The notes under the pieces: generated by a model
The model's input: the letters and a program-made list of their open reading frames with translations, nothing else
Database searches by the model: none
Told to the model about the DNA's origin: nothing
Translations under genes and position numbers: made by a program
Origin: Gemmatimonadaceae bacterium
Lineage (GTDB): Bacteria; Gemmatimonadota; Gemmatimonadetes; Gemmatimonadales; Gemmatimonadaceae
Direction: 5' to 3'
Length of the DNA: 64,000 bases
Assembly: GCA_051859245.1 (NCBI GenBank)
Contig: JBHYGA010000005.1
Span: forward strand, 96,001 to 160,000
Shown here: positions 56,809 to 64,000 of the stretch, piece by piece
Numbering within the stretch: position 1 is the first letter of the stretch
How the letters are laid out: each line of letters starts with the position of its first letter

Positions 56809-57648
56809 ATGTTTCGCCCCACACGTGTTCTTGGCACCATGGCCGTCGTGAGTACGCTGCTCGGTTGTCAGAGCGGTGATCTCACGTCGCCGTTCGACGC
56901 GTCTGAACGTCAGGTGCCCATCACCGCCGCGGCGACTTCCGATAACGCGCGTCGTTTCAGGATTCCCACGCTGCCCGTTGACTCCGCCTCGGACGACCGT
57001 GGCAATACGGGATTCCTCGTACCGGTGCGCGCGACGGGCTTCGCGCTGACTCCAATCGCGTTCGGATCGACCGCCACGGGATCGTGCCTGCAGGAAGGCA
57101 GCCGGTTCGGCGAATGGACGGTGCGGTACCACGGCTACGGTTGTGTTTCGCTTGAGCAGACATCAGGTACTGTGGCGCTGGCCATGGAGCCCACATCGGC
57201 GCTCAGCTTTGCGGCCACGCACGCGCCGCTCACGGTTGGTCCGCAACATACCGATCGATTTGTGCTTAGCACCGACATTGAAACGGTGCGCCAGACGCGC
57301 GTCGGCAGCGCGCCAAACCCGTGGGAAGTCGCGTGGGTGATCTGGCAGTTCACCGACGACGAGCACTTCTACTATTTCATTCCCAAGCCCGATGGCTGGG
57401 AGCTCGGGAAGCGCGACCCGGCATATCCGGGTGGTCAGCGCTTTCTGGCCACGGGTACGCAGCGCGTGTTTCCCATTGGCCAGGTCTACCGGGTGGAAGT
57501 GCAGCAGCGCGGTACGCTCATGAGCGTGTCGGTTGATGGGGTGGAGATTGTGCAGTTTCGCGACACGGAGCGCCCCTATCGCGCCGGTCGCTTTGCGCTC
57601 TATTCGGAAGACGCCGCCATCCGCGTGCACGAGGTTTCGAGCCTGTAA
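56809..57648 (+). CDS. lipoprotein with C-terminal concanavalin/DUF1080-like domain
   Basis: Lipobox LLGC; aromatic beta-rich PNPWEVAWVIW...FYYF...GWELGK...GRFALYSEDA; RBS GAGGT. Confidence 0.7.
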   Translation: MFRPTRVLGTMAVVSTLLGCQSGDLTSPFDASERQVPITAAATSDNARRFRIPTLPVDSASDDRGNTGFLVPVRATGFALTPIAFGSTATGSCLQEGSRFGEWTVRYHGYGCVSLEQTSGTVALAMEPTSALSFAATHAPLTVGPQHTDRFVLSTDIETVRQTRVGSAPNPWEVAWVIWQFTDDEHFYYFIPKPDGWELGKRDPAYPGGQRFLATGTQRVFPIGQVYRVEVQQRGTLMSVSVDGVEIVQFRDTERPYRAGRFALYSEDAAIRVHEVSSL

Positions 57649-57836
57649 CCGCCGGGGCTACACCGCAGTCGTTTGCCCCTGCCGCGCGTGACGCGCCGCG
57701 CCGCGAGCGTGACCCAACGAACCAGAGCCTCGTCGTAAGGACAGCAGGACGATGTCCAGTCCTGTAACACCGTCCTTCGGCGAACTCAGTGCTAGCGAGC
57801 GCTAGCATGACGCCGACCGTTCTCCTACGTTGCGCC

Positions 57837-59198
57837 ATGCCCGTCGCTCATCAAAATCGTGACGTTCGTCACGCGCATCGTTCGCTGACGCTCCTCGTGT
57901 GGCGCGCACTGCTGGCGACGGCGTTGGTGGTGATGGCGCCATCATTCCGCGCGGTGTCGGCACAGACGCCCGCAACGAGTCAGGATTCGATCTTCAACGC
58001 CGCGATGAATCGTGCGTACGACGCACTGCGCGCCGGCGATTCAACAGCCGCGATCTCCGGATTTCGTGAAGCACTGCGACGCGATCCGTCGTCGGCGACC
58101 GCGCACTTTCAATTGGGTTACATACTGCTCGCGTTGGGACGGCGAGAAGACGCAGCGACCGAGTTTGAAGAAGGACTGGCGCGCGATTTTTCGCAGGAGG
58201 CACCACGTCGACAGCTTGGATATTTGTACGCAGATCTCGGCAGGCACCGCGACGCATTGCGCGTCTTCACGGGATTGCGTGACGATCAGAAAGCGATTCC
58301 GCGCGATTACGTCGCGATCGGCAACCTGTCGTCCATGTTGCGTGATCGTGCCGGAGCAGAGACTGCGTTCCGTGCCGCGATCGCCACGGGCGATACCAGC
58401 ATCTTCACGGATGCACGCCGCGGATTGCAGGGCGTGTCGCAAACCGGTGTTGGAGCTGGCTGGTTTGGTGAGTTGTATGCCGCGCCATTCTATCAGGATC
58501 GGTTTGACAACACCGTCGGACTTGGCTTCGCGCGCGCTGGCGTTCGCGGGGGCGGATGGTGGCGACCTGCGCTCTACGCATCGCTCCGTGTCACACGTGA
58601 TTCGCGCTCAACCGGCGGTCAGCAGCCCGTGTTGTTCAATGACAATACGCTGATTCCGGCGGTTGGTGTACGTGTGTCGCCCGGTGGCGTTGGACTCGCT
58701 CTCTACGCGGAAGCGGGCGCTGCGTATGATCTCGTTGGCGAACCGCGTGAGTGGACGCGCGATTTGCGCGCGGGCGCTAACTATGCGTTTGCGCATGAGC
58801 AGTCATTGCGCGACGGACGCGCGCCGCTGGTGATCACCGAGTTCTCGGCTGACGCCTCGTTTTACGAGCGATTTGATCGCAACGTGATTGCCTACGCGCA
58901 ACTGCGCGAATCCTTGCGGTTGTACAAGGGCAATCACGTGGCGTTCGATGTGTTTGGCCGAGCGTGGGGCGCGACAGACTCACGTGGTGAGTTTTTCAAT
59001 CGTGTGATCGAAGGTGGCGGCGGTGCGGCGTTGCATCTCAGCGTGGGCACCGTTCGTACGAGCGTGTACGTGGATGTACTGCGTGGCCGATACGTGCAAG
59101 CACCACCAGCGGCGTCGTCGCTGCCGCGCACGTATGACGACTGGCGCGTGACCATCGCGACTGGTCTGTTCCGCTTTCTGCCATTCGATCGCCCATGA
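57837..59198 (+). CDS. exported TPR protein with putative C-terminal beta-barrel (NfrA-like role; start uncertain)
   Basis: Signal peptide, about 4 TPRs (AHFQLGYIL, RRQLGYLY), then ~250 aa of alternating beta strands. Confidence 0.7.
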   Translation: MPVAHQNRDVRHAHRSLTLLVWRALLATALVVMAPSFRAVSAQTPATSQDSIFNAAMNRAYDALRAGDSTAAISGFREALRRDPSSATAHFQLGYILLALGRREDAATEFEEGLARDFSQEAPRRQLGYLYADLGRHRDALRVFTGLRDDQKAIPRDYVAIGNLSSMLRDRAGAETAFRAAIATGDTSIFTDARRGLQGVSQTGVGAGWFGELYAAPFYQDRFDNTVGLGFARAGVRGGGWWRPALYASLRVTRDSRSTGGQQPVLFNDNTLIPAVGVRVSPGGVGLALYAEAGAAYDLVGEPREWTRDLRAGANYAFAHEQSLRDGRAPLVITEFSADASFYERFDRNVIAYAQLRESLRLYKGNHVAFDVFGRAWGATDSRGEFFNRVIEGGGGAALHLSVGTVRTSVYVDVLRGRYVQAPPAASSLPRTYDDWRVTIATGLFRFLPFDRP

Positions 59199-60740
59199 GC
59201 TTCCTCGACTGGTTCGTAGTTGTCATCGCTGTCTGCTACATAATTTTTGCGATTGACGACCTCATCTTTGATGCGACGTACTGGTTCGGCAAACTCATGG
59301 GGCTGGTGGGAACGTCCGCGCGTGCGACAGGCGGATCTTGACGCCGTTCCGCAAAAGAAAATCGCGTGGGTCATTCCGGCCTGGAGTGAAGACGAAGTCA
59401 TTGCCGGCATGCTCACGTACAATCTCGGACGTATTGACTACGACCGGTACGACGTGTGGGTTGGCACGTATCAGAACGATCCGGCGACGCAGCAGGAAGT
59501 GGCGAAGGTGGCGCAGTTTTCTCCGCGCGTGCGTTGGGTGGTCACGGATCACGACGGGCCTACGTCAAAAGCCGATTGCATGAACAACATCGTGGCGGGA
59601 TTGCAGCGCCACGAGTTGGCCACTGGCGAGCAATACGATCTGATCGTGATGCACGATCCAGAAGACATCATTCATCCGCTCGAGTTCAAACTCACCAACT
59701 GGTACTTCAGCACCGAAGAAGCGGATTTTGTGCAGCTGCCCGTGCTGTCCACGTCGCCCAAGTGGTATGACTTTGTGGCCGGCACGTACATCGATGAGTT
59801 CTCGGAGATGTACGCCAAGAACATGTACGTGCGTCAGCGGCTCACGCCGTTTGTGCCGAGTGCCGGCGTGGCGACCACGATGCGTCGCAGCGCGCTTGAG
59901 GAACTGATCGATGAAACCGGTGGGCTGCCCTACGCCGTAAACTCACTCACCGAGGATTACGACCTCGGTTTGAAAATGGCGATCGCGGATCGTCGGACGA
60001 AGTTCCTGTCGCAAAAAATCGAGGTGACGGACGAGGACGGCAAGACGCGGGAGGAGCTGGTGGCCACGTGGGCCCCGTTCCCCCACACGTTTGACACGGC
60101 GGTGCGTCAGCGGACGCGCTGGATGTCAGGCATCGTGTTTCAGGCCTGGGAGCACTGGAAGTGGCCCGGGACGCTGGGCCTCAAATGGGTGCTGGCGCAC
60201 GATCGCCGTGGGCCGTTTGGCTACCTCGTGGTGCTCTTTGGTTACCTGCTGGTCCTTGCGCTCGTGTCTTACGAGTGGGTGCGCACGTTCTACGACCCCA
60301 CGCTGCCCAAAGTGCTCCAGCATCCGGCATTCACGACGCTGTTCTTTATCGGCATCTTCTTCTTCGTCAATCGACTGTTGCAACGCGCAATCGCTGTGCA
60401 TCGCTTCTACGGTCTCGGACAGGCTCTTCTGGCCATATTCCGCACGCCGTTCAGCAACCTGGTCAACATGGTCGCGTCATTCCGTGCCGCGTGGCGCTAC
60501 TGGTACAGCCAGGCCACTGGCAAACCGATGACGTGGGACAAAACCTCGCACGCGATTCCTCCGGTGATCGCGCGGTCGTTGCGCATTGGTGAGCGACTGG
60601 TGCTGGCCGGAAAAATTACGCCGCAACAGTTGATGCTCGCACTTGGTGCGCAGCGCCAGCGTCCGCGTCCGATTGGCGAGATTCTGGTTTCGCAGGGCGC
60701 GATTACCAGCAGCGAACTGCGCGCCGAGCTGGGAGCCTGA
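59195..60740 (+). CDS. NfrB-like GT2 polysaccharide synthase with MshEN domain; apparent +1 frameshift near 59299-59302
   Basis: The frame from ATG 59195 gives a TM plus IDDLIFDATYW and stops at codon 49. The next frame gives IPAWSE, GPTSKADC, HDPED, VPSAGV, SLTEDY, RQRTRW, TMs, WDKTSH and a tandem MshEN motif. Confidence 0.85.
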
Positions 60741-60741
60741 C

Positions 60742-61944
60742 ATGCCATTCGGCAAACAGCGCCGTACGTCAGCCAGCGTGCAGGTTTCGCGCGTTAAAGC
60801 ACCGGCGCGTATTGCGGTCGTTGTCGGCACGCGTCCTGAAGCGATCAAACTGGCGCCGGTGATTCGTGAGTTGCGCCGTCGTCCCGGTGCATTTGAATGT
60901 CGGGTGATTGCCACGTCGCAGCACCGCGAGTTGCTGGTGCAGGCATTGGCCGAGTTTGATATTGCGGCCGATCGCGATCTGGATCTGATGGAGCCCGGTC
61001 AATCACTCGGGCGTTTCGCGGCGCGCTGTCTGGAGTCGATGTCAAAGGCGCTCGTGCAGGAACAGCCGGATCTCGTGATGGTGCAGGGTGACACCACCAC
61101 TGTTGTTGCGGCCGCGATGGCCGCCGCCTATCAGAGCATTCCAGTTGCGCACGTGGAAGCGGGACTGCGTTCACACGATGTGAACAATCCGTTTCCCGAA
61201 GAGATGAATCGCAAAATCGCGGCTGCCGTTGCCGCGGTGCATTTCGCGCCCACGCCGCTTGCTCGACGCAACTTGTTGGACGAAGGCGTGGCCGCCGACC
61301 GTGTGGTGCTGAGCGGCAACACCGTGGTTGACGCGGTGCATGCACTCGACTTGTCGAACGCGTTACCGGCAGCGCTGCGCGATCTCGATCCCGAGCGCAC
61401 AATTGTGCTCACCACACATCGTCGAGAAAATCACGGTACGCCGCTCGCGCGCGTATGCGAAGCGGTGCGTCAACTAGTGCGCGATCGTCCGCATTTGCAG
61501 ATCGTATTTCCGGTGCATCCGAATCCGATGGTGGGCGCCGTGGTGCGCTCAGCGCTCGGCGGGTTGCCGCAGGTGCGGTTGATCGAGCCGCTCGCGTATC
61601 GGCCCATGCTGGCACTGTTGTCGCGCTGCAAGCTCATCCTGACGGACTCCGGTGGCATTCAGGAAGAGGCGCCGAGTCTGGGCAAGCCCGTGCTCATTTT
61701 GCGTGAGGTCACGGAGCGTCCGGAGGTGGTGTCGGCGGGCGCGGGTCGGCTGGTGGGTACGGACTCGGCGGATATCGTGAGCGCCGTGTCGCGTTTGCTC
61801 GATGATCCGGCCGAGTATGCGCGCATGGCGTCGGCCCGGAATCCGTTTGGCGATGGCCGAGCGTCGGTGCACATTGCCGACTGGCTGGAGACATTCCTGC
61901 TGGGGCGGAAGTTCACCCCATCGCACGTGGCGGCGCTGGCGTAA
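60742..61944 (+). CDS. wecB: UDP-N-acetylglucosamine 2-epimerase (non-hydrolysing)
   Basis: GTRPEAIK, QGDTTT, HVEAGLRS, FPEE.NR, THRREN, TDSGGIQEE, NPFGDG. Confidence 0.95.
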   Translation: MPFGKQRRTSASVQVSRVKAPARIAVVVGTRPEAIKLAPVIRELRRRPGAFECRVIATSQHRELLVQALAEFDIAADRDLDLMEPGQSLGRFAARCLESMSKALVQEQPDLVMVQGDTTTVVAAAMAAAYQSIPVAHVEAGLRSHDVNNPFPEEMNRKIAAAVAAVHFAPTPLARRNLLDEGVAADRVVLSGNTVVDAVHALDLSNALPAALRDLDPERTIVLTTHRRENHGTPLARVCEAVRQLVRDRPHLQIVFPVHPNPMVGAVVRSALGGLPQVRLIEPLAYRPMLALLSRCKLILTDSGGIQEEAPSLGKPVLILREVTERPEVVSAGAGRLVGTDSADIVSAVSRLLDDPAEYARMASARNPFGDGRASVHIADWLETFLLGRKFTPSHVAALA

Positions 61945-62158
61945 GGACGCGCTCGGCGGGTTGTGACCGGCCGGTTGTCGCAGGCTCGGCCTCGCCGAGC
62001 GCCCGAGCTATTGATATCCAACGCGTCGCGTTGGCACCGCGTACCCGTTGTGGTCGCGCAACAGCATGCGGTGGCGATTCCACGCTACCTGTGGCATGTT
62101 GGACACAAAATGGCGGGCTGGACCCTCAGAACGGCGCCGAATGGCTGGGCTCGCCATT

Positions 62159-62174
62159 CGGCACGGGTTGTGCA
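62159..62174 (+). promoter_or_regulatory. putative sigma54 -24/-12 promoter
   Basis: CGGCACG-GGTT-GTGCA, with exact GG-N10-GC spacing, 60 nt upstream of the PEP-CTERM gene. Confidence 0.55.
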
Positions 62175-62233
62175 CTAGATCACAAGTGAGAGGGTTCCGC
62201 TGTTCGTGGATGTCTTCAATACATGAGTTGGCT

Positions 62234-62962
62234 ATGTCATTTCGACGGATTTCTCAGTTGATTGTGGGTTCGGCGCTGGTGCTCGCGGTGCTGCCGGGCG
62301 TGTCACAGGCGCAGACGATCGTGACGTTCGATCCCGCAGCGCTAGGCTACGAAGGCGATTGCGAAGACAACGATCTCTGGGGCGGCGCTAACACGGCGAT
62401 TGGCGCTCACGCCGGCATGTTCTTCGGCGGCATTCACGCGCTGGACGTGCAGCATTATCAGAGCGATTGCTGGGGCGATAATCCGCCGGTCAACGGTTAC
62501 CTGGCAGCCGGTGAACCACTGGCGCCAATCCTTGGCCTGCTTCGCGCGCCAGGGTTCATCCAAAAGCAAGGCGGAGAGCTGTTCAACTTGCTGAGCATGG
62601 ACGTTGGGTCAGGCTGGACTGATGTGCGTCTGACCTTTCGCGGCTATAACGGCTGGGCCGACCAGAAGCTCAAACCGATTTATGAGACGTATTTTGATGT
62701 TGAGCCTTCGGGCCTGACGACTCTTGATTTCAATGGATGGTTCGGCGTACGGTATGTGGAGGTTGATTACACGTTCGGCAACAACGATCCGTACGGCATC
62801 GCTGAGCGAAGCGGCGAACCTGTCTATCAGACGTCGTTCATCGCCGGACTGACCGTAGACAACTACACCGAGCCTGTAGTCGTGCCGGAGCCCGGTTCGC
62901 TGGCGCTGCTCGGTCTTGGCCTGATCGGACTCGGTGCCGCCGCGCGTCGTCGCAAGGCCTGA
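62234..62962 (+). CDS. PEP-CTERM sorting domain protein
   Basis: Signal peptide; C-terminal VPEPGSLALLGLGLIGLGAAARRRKA. Confidence 0.92.
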   Translation: MSFRRISQLIVGSALVLAVLPGVSQAQTIVTFDPAALGYEGDCEDNDLWGGANTAIGAHAGMFFGGIHALDVQHYQSDCWGDNPPVNGYLAAGEPLAPILGLLRAPGFIQKQGGELFNLLSMDVGSGWTDVRLTFRGYNGWADQKLKPIYETYFDVEPSGLTTLDFNGWFGVRYVEVDYTFGNNDPYGIAERSGEPVYQTSFIAGLTVDNYTEPVVVPEPGSLALLGLGLIGLGAAARRRKA

Positions 62963-62983
62963 TCAGCGAGCGGTCGCGGTAAG

Positions 62984-63025
62984 GAATCGGGCCCCCACGC
63001 CAGGCGTGGGGGCCCGTTCTATTTC
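62984..63025 (+). terminator. probable terminator after the PEP-CTERM gene
   Basis: cgggcccccacgc-cag-gcgtgggggcccg followed by ttctattt. Confidence 0.75.
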
Positions 63026-63031
63026 CTGCGG

Positions 63032-63267
63032 TTGCAGTTCCTGATTCGGTCATTCGGCCCAGTGGCGGGAGCCCAGGGCCATTTGGCCATTCGGCCTCTA
63101 ACTCTCGAAAGGCCGCACGGAACGTACGTCCCGCCCTGAAATCCTGGCCGCGAGCGGAGGGCTCACATCAGCATCTGTTCCCGGTGCCAATGTACGAAAC
63201 TGCGAGGCCAAAAGGCCAAATGGCCCTGGGCTCCCGCCACTGGGCCGAATGACCGAATCAGACTGCA
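63032..63267. repeat. REP-like inverted pair (family A, second locus)
   Basis: Units 63032-63117 and 63195-63267 are near-identical to those at 1898-2092 but in the opposite relative arrangement. Confidence 0.85.
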
Positions 63268-63735
63268 TTTTGGAGCGAGTCTGCCTATTGACTTGCCACG
63301 AGATATAGACGATTATAGGTGGCTGCGCGGATCTTTGGCCAAAAGCCTCAACTGCGCACATGCTGGCGACCTGCAGCCAGCCCTATGGGCCCACGCTTGC
63401 GTGGGGGGTGAGTTCCACAGGCAAGACACCGCCACGGACTCAATGCCGTTCCGGACTGTTCGCGTGATGCAAACAGTCTCCCGACAAAGAACGCAGGCAA
63501 TTTGACGTCGCTCGTGACATTCGGGGTTCCCGCAAGGGGCAACAATGATGCGAGAGGCGCGCTTGGGTCCCCACGCGTGTTACAGCAGCGCGATGCACCC
63601 GGCGGCCGCGGATGGATACCGGTCTCACGTGAGTGGGGCGTCCGGTCCAGCCGTTTTTGTTTTTGCTGTTTCCCGAGTTTCTGATATTGACCTTCGCTGG
63701 CGCGTGCATTCGCGCGTGACTCCGAGAGCTAAAGC

Positions 63736-64000
<265 letters not shown>

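Overview
GC-rich bacterial chromosome segment. The RNA polymerase insertions, the Ser/Thr kinase architecture and the gene content suggest Gemmatimonadota, but this is inference. Most of the window is housekeeping: gyrB (partial)-dciA-recF, mtnA-glpK, ccmEFH, uvrA, sdaAB/sdaAA, pspA, cysS, four tRNAs, rpmG-secE-nusG-rplKAJL-rpoBC, rpsL-rpsG and the start of fusA. Three accessory blocks interrupt these conserved clusters. (1) About 12.3 kb between tRNA-Gly and tRNA-Thr carries a PadR/hydrolase unit, a cobalamin riboswitch plus terminator upstream of a class II-type ribonucleotide reductase, and a kinase-cardiolipin synthase pair. (2) About 4.9 kb lies between rpoC and rpsL. (3) About 7.3 kb between rpsG and fusA is the best candidate for an undescribed system: a c-di-GMP-I riboswitch, a lectin-like lipoprotein, a TPR/beta-barrel protein, an NfrB-like GT2 synthase with a C-terminal MshEN c-di-GMP domain (apparently frameshifted in a G4 run), WecB, and a PEP-CTERM protein with a sigma54-like promoter. 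Several long intergenic inverted repeats are also present. All calls come from reading the sequence by eye; no searches were run.
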